This document shows, piece after piece, positions 9,712-20,942 of a DNA stretch of 64,000 nt. The stretch covers positions 5,600,001-5,664,000 of the forward strand of contig CAWDXG010000004.1 of the NCBI GenBank assembly GCA_963806225.1, given 5' to 3'. Origin of the DNA: an uncultured delta proteobacterium. Its GTDB lineage: Bacteria; Myxococcota_A; Polyangia; Polyangiales; Polyangiaceae. Position 1 is the first letter of the stretch, and each line of letters begins with the position of its first letter. The notes below the pieces were generated by a model. It worked only from the letters and a program-made list of their open reading frames with translations. It was not told where the DNA came from and did not search any database. The position numbers and the translations under genes were made by a program.

Positions 9712-10857
9712 ATGAAAATGCAGAGGATGACTCGTACGACGTTGGTCTCGCTGTTCCCCGCCGCCCTTTGCCTCTTGCTCGCCGCGGCGTGCTCTTCCAA
9801 CGGCACTTCCTCGAGCCCGCACCACGACGCCGGCGTAGATAGTGCGGGCGGCGGCGGCTCCGGGGGAAGCGGAACCGCCGGAAGCTCCGGCTTCGGCGGC
9901 TCGGGCGGCGTCTCGTCCGCAACCTACTGCATCCCCGGCACGTGCTGCACCGACACGGACTGCCCCGCGCAGCAGTGCTGCCGCGGCGATCACCAGTGCC
10001 ACCCGTGCTGTCGCACGGATCTCGATTGCCAGGCGGGCCAGTGCTGCGACGCCGACGGGACGTGCAAGAGCAGCGCGTGCAAGTGCTCCAGCGACGCGCA
10101 CTGCGGCGCGGGCCAGTGCTGCACGTCGAGCGGCGCGTGCGTCGCGGGGCCGTGCTGCACGAGCAAGCTCGACTGCTCGGCGGGGCAATGCTGCGACCCC
10201 GACACGCGAAAGTGCGGCGCGTGCCCCTGCACGGGCGCGCCGGGCCACGGCGACTGCGGCGCGGGCAAGTGCTGCACCGACACCGGCGCTTGTGTCACCG
10301 CGGCGTGCTGCACCGACACCGACTGCGGGCCTGGCACGTGCTGTATCGGCGGCTCGTGCCAGCCGTGCTGCAAGAGCAACCTGGACTGCAAGGCGCCCGA
10401 TTGCTGCGACCCCGGCACGCACCAGTGCTCGCCCGACGCCTGCAGCTGCACCAGCAACGCGCAGTGCGGCGCGGGTCGCTGCTGCAGCGGCGGCCAGTGC
10501 ACGACCGCCCAGTGCTGCTCGGACGCGGCCTGCGGCGCGGGCCAGTGCTGCATCGGCGGCGCGTGCGCGCCCTGCTGCAAGACGAAGCTCGACTGCCACG
10601 CGGGCCAGTGCTGCGACCCGACCACGCGCCAGTGCGGCGCGTGCCAGTGCACCGCCAACGCCCAGTGCGGCGCCGGCCAGTGCTGCAACGCCGGCAGCTG
10701 CGGCCCCTGCGCGACCGGCGGCGACGCCGGCGCGCCCCAGTGTACGACCAAGCTCGACTGCAAGGCGGGCCAGTGCTGCGTCGCGGGTCGCTGCGACGTG
10801 TGTCCCTGCACCACCACCGCCCAGTGCGGCTCCGGCCAGACCTGCTGTAGCTACTGA
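9712..10857 (+). CDS. Extremely Cys-rich repeat lipoprotein
   Basis: RBS-like ggag, LAAAC lipobox, Gly/Ser linker, tandem C-x-(T/S)-x-x-(D/Q)-C-x-AGQCC units. Confidence 0.8.
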   Translation: MKMQRMTRTTLVSLFPAALCLLLAAACSSNGTSSSPHHDAGVDSAGGGGSGGSGTAGSSGFGGSGGVSSATYCIPGTCCTDTDCPAQQCCRGDHQCHPCCRTDLDCQAGQCCDADGTCKSSACKCSSDAHCGAGQCCTSSGACVAGPCCTSKLDCSAGQCCDPDTRKCGACPCTGAPGHGDCGAGKCCTDTGACVTAACCTDTDCGPGTCCIGGSCQPCCKSNLDCKAPDCCDPGTHQCSPDACSCTSNAQCGAGRCCSGGQCTTAQCCSDAACGAGQCCIGGACAPCCKTKLDCHAGQCCDPTTRQCGACQCTANAQCGAGQCCNAGSCGPCATGGDAGAPQCTTKLDCKAGQCCVAGRCDVCPCTTTAQCGSGQTCCSY

Positions 10858-10863
10858 AGGAGA

Positions 10864-12375
10864 ATGACGATGGCTTGTTTGTATCGACGTGGAACCATGC
10901 TGCTCGCCGCCGCCGCCGCCGCCGCGCTCGCGGCAGCCGTCGCCTGCAGCGGAGGCGGATTGCCGGCCACGAGCGGCAGGGGAGCAGTGCGGCGGCGGCG
11001 CGGCGACCGGAGGCGTCGAACGGTGCAGGCGGCACGGGACGGTGGCGCAGGCGCAAGCGCTGGAAGCGGAATGCTCGTCACCGTCTGCGGCGGCAAGTGC
11101 GTCGACACGCAGACGGACAACGCGAACTGCGGCGCGTGCGGCACCGCCTGCGCCCAGCCCACCACCTGCCAGGCCGGCGCGTGCAAGCCGGTGCCCGGCG
11201 CCTTTGGTGGCGCGTGCACCAAGAACGGCGACTGCACCTCCCAGCTCTGCCTGCAGAGCGGCCACTGCTCGAAGAAATGCGCGAGCGCGAGCGACTGTCC
11301 ACCGCCCCGAGTGGACCTGCGCGCCGCTGCCCGGCTACCCACAGATGTGCCAGTGCACGCCCACCGGCAAGGAAGTCTGCGACGGCCAGGACAACGACTG
11401 CGACGGCCTGGTCGACAACGGCGCGACCTGCTCGCAGACGGGCTACACCTGCCAGAACGGCGCCTGCGCCTGCGCGCCCGGAAATCTCTGCGGCACGACC
11501 TGCGTCGACAAGCAGACCGACGTGAACAACTGCGGCGGCTGCGGGAAGAAGTGCGCGACCGGGGCGAGCTGCCAGGGCGGGACCTGCACCTGCCCCAACA
11601 ACGGTACGGTCTGCAGCGGCGCGTGCGTGGACACGGGCACCGACGCGAACAACTGCGGGACCTGTGGAAGCAGTGCGCCGCGCCCACGTCGGCGTGCATC
11701 GGCGGCAAGTGTAGCTGTCCCGGTGGCGGTATCGTGTGCGGCGGCTCCTGCGTGGACCTCCAGACGGCCGTGAACAACGCGGGGTGTGCGGGAAGCACTG
11801 CGCGCCGGGCGAAGCGCGGCACCGCTGGTAGTGCACGTGTCCGAACAGCACCGTGCTGTGCGGCGCGTCATGCGTCGATCCCAAGACAGACGCAAAGAAC
11901 CGGAGGAGCGGCACGGTGCGAACGGGTGGGTTCTGGAGGAAGGGCAGCGCAGCAGGATGGGCCGCTTGGCCAATGCCGAATCCAGTTGGCGCGGGGCTAC
12001 CAAACCCGGCGAGCTACGACACGACGACACCTGGCGTGGTGCTCGACAATGTCACCGGACTGATGTGGGAGCGTGCTGTCGGACTGGGCAGCCACACCTG
12101 GGCGGACGCGAACGCCTACTGTGGAGGCCTTATGCTTGCGGGGCGCAACGACTGGCGCCTCCCCACCGAAATCGAGCTCTTGTCCCTCGTCGACTACACG
12201 AAGTCCAAACCTGCTATCGACCCGACCAGTTTCCCGAACACGCCGGCGGGGGCATTCTGGTCGTCAACACCGTTCCGTCCAACCATCCGAATGATCCTGA
12301 CCGTCAATTTCAGGCTATGGCGGCACGAGCAGCATCGACGTGTCGGGTACTCACCGTGTGCGTTGTGTGCGTTGA
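10864..12375 (+). CDS. Putative DGR target 1: Cys-rich repeat lipoprotein with C-terminal DUF1566 (CLec-fold) domain; several frameshifts
   Basis: Lipobox AVAC; CVDxxTDxxNCGxCG repeats and EVCDGQDNDCDGLVD motif across frames; VLDNVTGLMWE..TWADANAYC..DWRLPTEIELLSLVD..FWSST; ends HRVRCVR-TGA at 12375. Confidence 0.75.
12255..12375 (+). repeat. Putative variable region VR1
   Basis: 3' end of the DUF1566 domain from FWSS to VRCVR; rich in NNC/NNT codons; homologous to 14981-15099. Confidence 0.6.
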
Positions 12376-12407
12376 GGATGGGTTTTTCGATGTTTCGGCC
12401 TTTTCGA
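12361..12407 (+). repeat. Conserved target-end/IMH-like block, copy 1
   Basis: cgttgtgtgcgttgaggatgggtttttcgatgtttcggccttttcga matches 15085-15131 at 42 of 47 positions, extending beyond the stop codon. Confidence 0.85.
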
Positions 12408-12417
12408 TTTTCCGGTG

Positions 12418-12825
12418 ATGATGCCCACGTGATGACGAGGTCCGGCGCATCTTCGGCGCCGCCATGGACGCGGCGGTGCGCGTGGACCGGGCGGTGCAGC
12501 GCTTTCCGAAGGGTCACAAGTACGCCCTCGGCAAGAAGCTGCGCGATGCTTCCGCCGACATCATCGTGCTCGTGGCGCGCGCCAACCGGCGCGCCGGGCG
12601 CGCGCAGTCGCGCGCGGCGCGGTGCGACCGCGTCGAGGATCGGAAGCAGATCCTGCAATTGGGAAAGGAGGTGCGCGCGTTTCAATCTTTCAGGGATTGG
12701 CGGAGGTCATGGAGCAGGTGGTGGCGCTCGCCCGGCAGGTCGAAGACTGGCGTCGCGCAACAACGAGTGCCTCGAACACAACACGGCCGGAGCCGGAACG
12801 TTCTGCTCCTCGAGGGCAGCCGTGA
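12418..12825 (+). CDS. avd: Avd-like four-helix-bundle DGR accessory protein (frameshifted near the start and near 12695)
   Basis: IFGAAMDAAVRVDRAVQRFPKGHKYALGKKLR...LQLGKEVRAFQSF continues in another frame as AEVMEQVVALARQVEDW; lies between the target and the RT. Confidence 0.75.
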
Positions 12826-12899
12826 CCGTGAGTGCCAAGCATTCAACCCGTGCGCTCCGTCCGCCCGGTGGTCGAGGCCGGCCAGCGGCGCATCTCAAG

Positions 12900-14569
<1,670 letters not shown>

Positions 14570-14612
14570 AGTATGTTTTCGAGCCGATCGCTAGCTAGAG
14601 TCTGGAGGAGTC

Positions 14613-15099
14613 ATGAGTGATCGAACGTAAAGTTAGATACGGTCTTCGTCGCAGGCTTCAACTGGGCGGTCCGCGCCCTCGGCGCTGTCAGCTGATCTGT
14701 CTGGCGGTATACGACGCGGGCCACTGCGCCCCCGGGCCGATACTCAATCGCCAATGGTACCGTCACCGACAAGGACACGAAGTTGGTCTGGCAGCAAGCG
14801 GCGGATGGAGGTTCGTGGACCTGGAGCGATGCCAAGAGCTACTGTGCGAGCCTCGCGCTCGACGGGGGCGGCTGGCGCGTGCCGAGCGTCAAGGAGTTGA
14901 TGACGCTGGTCGACTTCAACGCCACCGCTGAGCCAGCCATGAATCTCACGGCGTTTCCATCTGCACTCGCGGATGCGCGCTGGTCATCCTCTCTGGTGGC
15001 CGGTTCCTCCCGTCCTGGCCTGGTACGTCATCTTCTCCGTTGGCTGGGCGCGAACGCTGGCACGGCCCCGACACGCACGCTGTTCGTTGTGTGCGCTGA
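14613..15099 (+). CDS. Putative DGR target 2: stand-alone DUF1566 (CLec-fold) protein; frameshifted
   Basis: RBS ggaggag before ATG 14613; APPGRYSIANGTVTDKDTKLVWQQ..WSDAKSYC..WRVPSVKELMTLVD..WSSS..AWYVIF..HAVRCVR-TGA at 15099. Confidence 0.75.
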
Positions 15100-15131
15100 G
15101 GACGGGTTTTTCGATGTTTTGACATTTTCGA
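14981..15131 (+). repeat. Putative variable region VR2 plus conserved target-end block, copy 2
   Basis: WSS to VRCVR segment; 15085-15131 is 42/47 identical to 12361-12407. Confidence 0.65.
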
Positions 15132-15271
15132 CAATTCAATTGTCATTCCTGCAGCGAGCTGGGCGGGGGGCGGCTTGCGCGCAGGACCGGCGCCTGGAGC
15201 GGCCGCGCCGACGCGGGCTTGCAAGGTGGCGCCTGGGACCTACTCCTACACGTAAGCGTAAGGAGCGAGCC

Positions 15272-15505
15272 GTGCGCATCACGTCCAAGGGGCAGGTAAC
15301 CATCCTGGTGGAAATTCGCGAGCGGGCGGGTCTGCTGCCGCAGACGGAAGTGGAATTCGAGTTCGACGGCAAGGCCGTGCGTATCGTACGCGCGAAGACC
15401 GGCAAGCGAAGCGGGCGCGGGGCTGGTGTCGTCGCCGACCTGCGGGGTCGCGGCGACGTTGCGATGAGCACCGATGAGCTCATGGCCCTTACCCGCGGCG
15501 ACTGA
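15272..15505 (+). CDS. AbrB/MazE/SpoVT-family antitoxin (VapB-like)
   Basis: RBS aaggag, GTG start, RITSKGQVTI.VEIRERAGL.P.TEVEF. Confidence 0.85.
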   Translation: MRITSKGQVTILVEIRERAGLLPQTEVEFEFDGKAVRIVRAKTGKRSGRGAGVVADLRGRGDVAMSTDELMALTRGD

Positions 15506-15580
15506 ATGAGCGCCGTACTCGTCGACGCCAACGTCCTTCTCGACGTGATGACGGAGGACTCCGATTGGATTCGAGTGGTC
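15506..15580 (+). pseudogene. Truncated PIN-domain (VapC-like) toxin
   Basis: MSAVLVDANVLLDVMTEDSDW directly after the antitoxin; similarity is lost after ~25 codons. Confidence 0.65.
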
Positions 15581-15589
15581 AGCACAAGT

Positions 15590-15720
15590 CCTCACGCACG
15601 CCGCCGACCGCCACCGCCTCGTCGCGTACCTCTCCGGGCACGACGGGAAGGAACTTGTCGCCTACGGAGATCGCCTGGGGAACCGCACCGTGTTCAAGCG
15701 GCTTGGATACCCGAGGGCGC
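15590..15720 (+). pseudogene. Fragment resembling the C-terminus of an AbiEi-type (type IV TA) antitoxin
   Basis: The frame of ORF 15690 reads LVAYLSGHDGKELVAYGDRLGNRTVFKRLGY; family recognised from memory only. Confidence 0.45.
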
Positions 15721-16172
15721 ATGGCGCAAACCGCCTCGAGGTTGCAATCGACTACCGCGCCGAGAACGGTTGCGCTTGTCGGCCGCGAAGCGGCGCGGAA
15801 TGCGCACGATCCGCTTGCGCGACGGGTGGCGGCGCCAGTGGCGGCAGGTGGCGGCCGCCACGCCGGCAACGCGCGGGTGCCATCTGCGCGCTTGCGCCCG
15901 ATTTCGATGGGTCGAATCAGTTTGCGCCACCGCCGGTCGCGCTCCGCGTTCGCGGCAACGCCATCATGGTCTCCGCCGTGAGGCGGATTCGCGCCCTGTC
16001 CATGCGTCGTGGTTCCGCCGGATGAGCTGAACGCACACGTGCGCTCGACGATGCCTGGGCCCGCGTTCCGGAACGCTGGACGCAGGGTCCCAGTGTTGCT
16101 GGACGCGCGACGCCCGGATCGCGATAATCGATCGAGACTGCGCCCCGATCCACGGGCGCACAGAGGGACCCC

Positions 16173-17289
16173 ATGCCGCGATCGGCCGTCCACCCCGTTG
16201 TCGCCTATTCCGCCCGCGCGCGGGCGAAGCTCACACCGGCGGAGCTCAGCAGGGTGGCCGATGTGGAGGCGGAGCTTTCGGTGGTGCGGGTCGGCGCGGA
16301 AGCGGGTGGGGTCGAGAGCATGCTCGGGCCGCTGCAGCGGCTGCTGGAGGCGGACTCGGCGGGGGCATATGCGCCGTCTCGCGATGGGGAAGGCTGGTCG
16401 CTGACGTTCGGGCGCTTCACGGGGGTCGCCGAGAGCGGCCCCACGCACCTGGAAGCGTTCATGCGTCGGGGCGCTGTGTGGCGGCCGGCGTACGACATGG
16501 ACCGCCCGGACCCGAAGCAGTGGAACAGGGCGCTGCGCCCGCTGCTGCTGTTGGACATGGAGGAATGGCGCGCGTCGAGCATGTGGCACGAGGTGATGCT
16601 ACCGGCGGGCGTCTCGGACCACGACCAGCTCCGCGTACTCGTCTGCGACGGTCCCGCTCTGCTCGGCTGGGTGGGCGGCTTCCGCGAGGAGCCGTTCACG
16701 CGGCGCGAGCAGCGGCGGCTGGCGGCGCTTTCGGCGGCGCTGCTGCGGCGCTTGCGCGTGGAGCGGCGGCTGCACGACGCGGCGCTGATGGAGGCCGGGC
16801 TCGAGGCGGCGCTCGGGGCGATTGCTGCGCCGGCGTTCATCTGCGGGGCAATCGCATCGCGCTGCGAAAGTCACGGCCGCGCGGCGTTCGACAAGTGAGC
16901 AGTCGCTCGCTGGCGACCTGGCCGAAGGCACGGCCGCCGGCTTCGAGTCGACGCCGATCGCGGTGCGTGGCGAGCCCGCGGCGCGGCTGGTGATCCGGAG
17001 CGCGCCGCATCGCGACCTCGGCGCGCGCGTCATCGCGGCGTCGCGCGACTGGCAGCTCACGCCGCGTCAGACCGAGGTGCTGGCGCTGCTTGCCGAGGGT
17101 GACAGCAAGAAGCTCATCGCCGCCAAGCTCGCCTGCGCGCTGCGCACCGCGGAGGTCCATGTGACGGCGCTCCTGCGCAAGGCGGGCTCTGCGACGCGCG
17201 CGGAGCTGATAGCGCGGCTGACACGGCTCGGTAGTGCGCCAGAGCCGTCAGCGGCGCTGGCGCGCGCTACGCGTCGAGCTCCTGGATGA
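16173..17289 (+). pseudogene. LuxR-type C-terminal HTH regulator, copy 1 (frameshift ~16840-16900)
   Basis: Near-identical to 18712..19776; HTH LTPRQTEVLALL..KLIAAKLACALRTAEVHV is in the second frame. Confidence 0.8.
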
Positions 17290-17641
17290 GCTTCTCCGTT
17301 GCGGCGCAGGCGAGAGAGCTGGCTTCCGCGAGTACACGCGCACGCAGATACGGCGAGAGCCCATTTTCGGTGACGACATCGACCGGCAAGCGAAGCAGAT
17401 CCTCCAGGTCCTGCTTGATGGCGACCAGATCGAGCAGGCTCCGTCCCGGCTCCAGCGTCACGAGCAAGTCGAGATCGCTGTCCGGCCTCGCCTCGCCGCG
17501 CGCGCGCGATCCGAACACGCGCACCGTCCGCGCCCCGTTCGCATGTGCGATGCGCAGGATATCCTCGACGGGCAGCCCCGGAAGCGTCACAACGACATCG
17601 TACGCCGCGCGCGGTCGCTCGGCAAAGGCGGCAGCGGACAC
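17267..17641 (-). CDS. Minimal nucleotidyltransferase (MNT) antitoxin-like protein, orphan (start may be GTG ~17590)
   Basis: VRVFGSRARGEARPDSDLDLLV...LEDLLRLPVDVVT. Confidence 0.85.
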   Translation of the reverse strand: MSAAAFAERPRAAYDVVVTLPGLPVEDILRIAHANGARTVRVFGSRARGEARPDSDLDLLVTLEPGRSLLDLVAIKQDLEDLLRLPVDVVTENGLSPYLRARVLAEASSLACAATEKLIQELDA

Positions 17642-17726
17642 CTCCTCGCCTTGCGGACCTGAGGCCGCTCTGGCCGTGCTCCAGCGTCCGGCACCGCCCG
17701 CAGCCGTCCTGCGCTATGCTGTGCGC

Positions 17727-18080
17727 GTGGAGCCCGGACCCTATCTCGCCTCGCTTCGCGCTCGCGATCGACAGATCCGCGAAGCGCGGCGCGAGCGTGC
17801 GCGAGAGGTGCGCGAGAGGCTTCCCGCGCTGGTGCGCGAGCTTTCGGAGGGCTTCGGTGTGCGGCGCGTCGTGCTATTCGGTTCGCTGCTCACGGGCGAG
17901 CTGTACGAACGCTCGGACATCGATCTTGCGGTCGAAGGACTCTCGCCGGATGAGTACTGGCGCGCGCTCGACGCGGCCTGCGTCGCTCTGGGTGTGCCCG
18001 TCGATCTGGTCCGGCTGGAGGAAGCGCCGGCCAGTCTGGCGGATCGCATTGCGCGGGAAGGCGAGGCGCTGCATGCCTGA
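17727..18080 (+). CDS. MNT antitoxin (MntA-like)
   Basis: VVLFGSLLTG..ERSDIDLAVEGL...VPVDLVRLE; overlaps the downstream HEPN gene. Confidence 0.85.
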   Translation: MEPGPYLASLRARDRQIREARRERAREVRERLPALVRELSEGFGVRRVVLFGSLLTGELYERSDIDLAVEGLSPDEYWRALDAACVALGVPVDLVRLEEAPASLADRIAREGEALHA

Positions 18081-18582
18081 AGCATCCGACATGCGTGGCC
18101 GGTTGGCGCGACTGGCGTCCGAGCTCGCCGCGGATCGGGAGGCCATTCTGCGGCTTGGTCGCGACACTGCGGCGTGCGCCGGCTCGGTCACGCCCGCGAC
18201 GACGGACCCCGCCGCGCTCGCTCTGCTCGCCGTCGACATCCACCGCTGGTACACAGGTCTCGAGAGTGCGCTGGAGCGCATAGAACGCACGTTCGGTTCG
18301 CTGCCGAGCGGCGGTGACTGGCACCTGGAGCTGCTCGCCGGCGCTTCTCTCGACATCGCGGGCGTGCGGCCGCCCATCCTGCCCGCCAAGCTCAACCCGT
18401 CGTTGCGGGAAGTGCTGCGGTTCCGGCACTTCTTCCGGCATGCCTACGCAGTGGAGCTCGACGCGCGGAAGCTGCTCGGGGTCGCTTCGCATGTGGTCGG
18501 CGCCCATGGAGCTGTCGACGCGGCGCTGGCGGACTTCGCGGAGTTCGTGTCGCGTGCGGCGGCGGCGCTCGACGCGCCCTGA
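18073..18582 (+). CDS. HEPN ribonuclease toxin (HepT-like)
   Basis: IHRWYTGLE..LERI, GDWHLELL, and the Rx4H motif FRHFFRHAY. Confidence 0.85.
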   Translation: MPEASDMRGRLARLASELAADREAILRLGRDTAACAGSVTPATTDPAALALLAVDIHRWYTGLESALERIERTFGSLPSGGDWHLELLAGASLDIAGVRPPILPAKLNPSLREVLRFRHFFRHAYAVELDARKLLGVASHVVGAHGAVDAALADFAEFVSRAAAALDAP

Positions 18583-18711
18583 GCCAAGCGCCGGCACCGG
18601 TCCCGAGCCGGCGGAGAAGCGTCCCTTCCCCACGGCGCTAGACCTTCGCCACCCGGAGCGTGATAATGGACCGGACTTGGCTCGCATCGCGGCGAGCGCA
18701 TCGAGGACCCC

Positions 18712-19776
18712 ATGCCGCGTCCCCCCGTCCACCCCGTTGTCGCCTATTCCGCCCGCGCGCGGGCGAAGCTCGTGCCGGCGGAGCTCAGCAGGGTGGCCGA
18801 TGTGGAGGCGGAGCTTTCGGTGGTGCGGGTCGGCGCGGAAGCGGGTGGGGTCGAGAGCATGCTCGGGCCGCTGCAGCGGCTGCTGGAGGCGGACTCGGCG
18901 GGGGCATATGCGCCGTCTCGCGATGGGGAAGGCTGGTCGCTGACGTTCGGGCGCTTCACGGGGGTCGCCGAGAGCGGCCCCACGCACCTGGAAGCGTTCA
19001 TGCGTCGGGGCGCTGTGTGGCGGCCGGCGTACGACATGGACCGCCCGGACCCGAAGCAGTGGAACAGGGCGCTGCGCCCGCTGCTGCTGTTGGACATGGA
19101 GGAATGGCGCGCGTCGAGCATGTGGCACGAGGTGATGCTACCGGCGGGCGTCTCGGACCACGACCAGCTCCGCGTACTCGTCTGCGACGGTCCCGCTCTG
19201 CTCGGCTGGGTGGGCGGCTTCCGCGAGGAGCCGTTCACGCGGCGCGAGCAGCGGCGGCTGGCGGCGCTTTCGGCGGCGCTGCTGCGGCGCTTGCGCGTGG
19301 AGCGGCGGCTGCACGACGCGGCGCTGATGGAGGCCGGGCTCGAGGCGGCGCTCGGGGCGATCGCTGCGCCGGCGTTCATCGTGCGGGGCAACCGCATCGC
19401 GTTTGCGAACGACAACGGCCGCGCGGCGTTCGACACGGAGCCGTCGCTCGCTGGCGACCTGGCCGAAGGCACGGCCGCCGGCTTCGAGTCGACGCCGATC
19501 GCGGTGCGTGGCGAGCCCGCGGCGCGGCTGGTGATCCGGAGCGCGCCGCATCGCGACCTCGGCGCGCGCGTGATGGCGGCGTCGCGCGACTGGAAGCTCA
19601 CGCCGCGACAGACCGACGTGCTCGCGCTGGTGGCCGCGGCCGAGAGCAACAAGCTCATCGCCGCCAAGCTCGGCTGCGCGCTGCGCACCGCGGAGGTCCA
19701 TGTGACGGCGCTCCTGCGCAAGGCGGGCTCTGCGACGCGGACGGAGCTGGTGGCGCGGTTGATGCTGCTGGAATAG
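18712..19776 (+). CDS. LuxR-type C-terminal HTH regulator with N-terminal sensory (GAF-like) region, copy 2 (intact)
   Basis: LTPRQTDVLALV..SNKLIAAKLGCALRTAEVHVTALLRK; 354 aa. Confidence 0.88.
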   Translation: MPRPPVHPVVAYSARARAKLVPAELSRVADVEAELSVVRVGAEAGGVESMLGPLQRLLEADSAGAYAPSRDGEGWSLTFGRFTGVAESGPTHLEAFMRRGAVWRPAYDMDRPDPKQWNRALRPLLLLDMEEWRASSMWHEVMLPAGVSDHDQLRVLVCDGPALLGWVGGFREEPFTRREQRRLAALSAALLRRLRVERRLHDAALMEAGLEAALGAIAAPAFIVRGNRIAFANDNGRAAFDTEPSLAGDLAEGTAAGFESTPIAVRGEPAARLVIRSAPHRDLGARVMAASRDWKLTPRQTDVLALVAAAESNKLIAAKLGCALRTAEVHVTALLRKAGSATRTELVARLMLLE

Positions 19777-19901
19777 GCGCTGCGCCTTGAGCCCATCCGT
19801 CGCGCAACCAGCGCTGCGGGACACCTCGAGCGAGATGACCAACGCGCCCCGCGCCGCCCCCCCGTACGGCGCGGTATGGCCTTGCGGGCTCGCCTGGTTG
19901 G

Positions 19902-20942
19902 CTAGCGCGATCGCGCCGCCCGCACGATCTCCGGGAGCTTCGGTGCCGCCTGCACGACAACCGAGTGCGCCGCGATCGTCGTGGACTCGGCCGCTCGCGT
20001 CATCTCGCTTGGCAGCTGACCCGGGCTCGAGAGTGGGCTCGCCCGAGTGCCTGTGGAACCCGCCGACGGATCCCCCGTCGCCGCTCCGCATCCGATCATC
20101 AGCGACGCGGCCGCGACGGCCAGGATCACGCCTCCGAGGCGCGATCGATTGCGGCGCCGTCCGAAGCCCACGAGCGCTACGCCGCAGAGCACCAGGAGCC
20201 ACGCCGAGCCGCTGTCTCGCCCGGGCGCTCCGGACACGCTGCAGCCGCTGCTGCTGTTCGAGTCCTGGCTTCCGCCGGATTGGTAGCCCGTCGTGCCGCT
20301 CGGGGTGCCGCCGCCGACCGTGCCGGTCGAACACGACGAGGAGCTCGAGCACATGCCGTTCGGGCAGCAGTACGGATGGGCGTTGTCGCAGCAATGCCCG
20401 TCGCCACAGTCGACGGGGTAGTCGGCCGGGCATGTCGCCGCGCAGGAGCTGCTCGTGGAGCACTGGCCACCAGGGCAGCAGTACGGATGGCTGGTGTCGC
20501 AGCAGTAGCCGTTCCCGCAGTCGTTCGGGTAGTCGCTCGGGCAGGTCCCGCCGCTACCATTTCCGCCACCGCCGCTCCCGCCGCCACAGGAGCCTGTGCT
20601 CGAGCAGGTTCCGTCGCTGCAGCAGTACGGATGGCTGCTGTCGCAGCACTTGCCGTTCCCGCAGTCCACGGGATAGCCGGAGGGGCAGGTGTTGCCGCCA
20701 CCACCGCCACCACCGCCACCACTGTTGCAGGAACCGGAAGAGCACAGCCCGCCACCGCAGCATGTCGGATGAGCACTGTCACAACAGTAGCCGTCCCCGC
20801 AGTTGATCGGATATCCGGCGGGACAGGATTGTGCCTGTGCCTTTCGCGCTACGAGGAGCGCGCACAGCACGACGGCGGCCATCGCGGACAGACGCAGAAG
20901 CCGCAGGCTATTTCGAGCAACGCTTGTTCTACTACCACCCAT
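19902..20942 (-). CDS. Secreted Cys-rich repeat protein with internal MYXO-CTERM motif
   Basis: Signal peptide ending AQA; four CPxxYPxxCGxGxCCDxxHPxCC repeats; SSGCSV..WLLVLCGVALVGFGRRR. Confidence 0.75.
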   Translation of the reverse strand: MGGSRTSVARNSLRLLRLSAMAAVVLCALLVARKAQAQSCPAGYPINCGDGYCCDSAHPTCCGGGLCSSGSCNSGGGGGGGGGNTCPSGYPVDCGNGKCCDSSHPYCCSDGTCSSTGSCGGGSGGGGNGSGGTCPSDYPNDCGNGYCCDTSHPYCCPGGQCSTSSSCAATCPADYPVDCGDGHCCDNAHPYCCPNGMCSSSSSCSTGTVGGGTPSGTTGYQSGGSQDSNSSSGCSVSGAPGRDSGSAWLLVLCGVALVGFGRRRNRSRLGGVILAVAAASLMIGCGAATGDPSAGSTGTRASPLSSPGQLPSEMTRAAESTTIAAHSVVVQAAPKLPEIVRAARSR

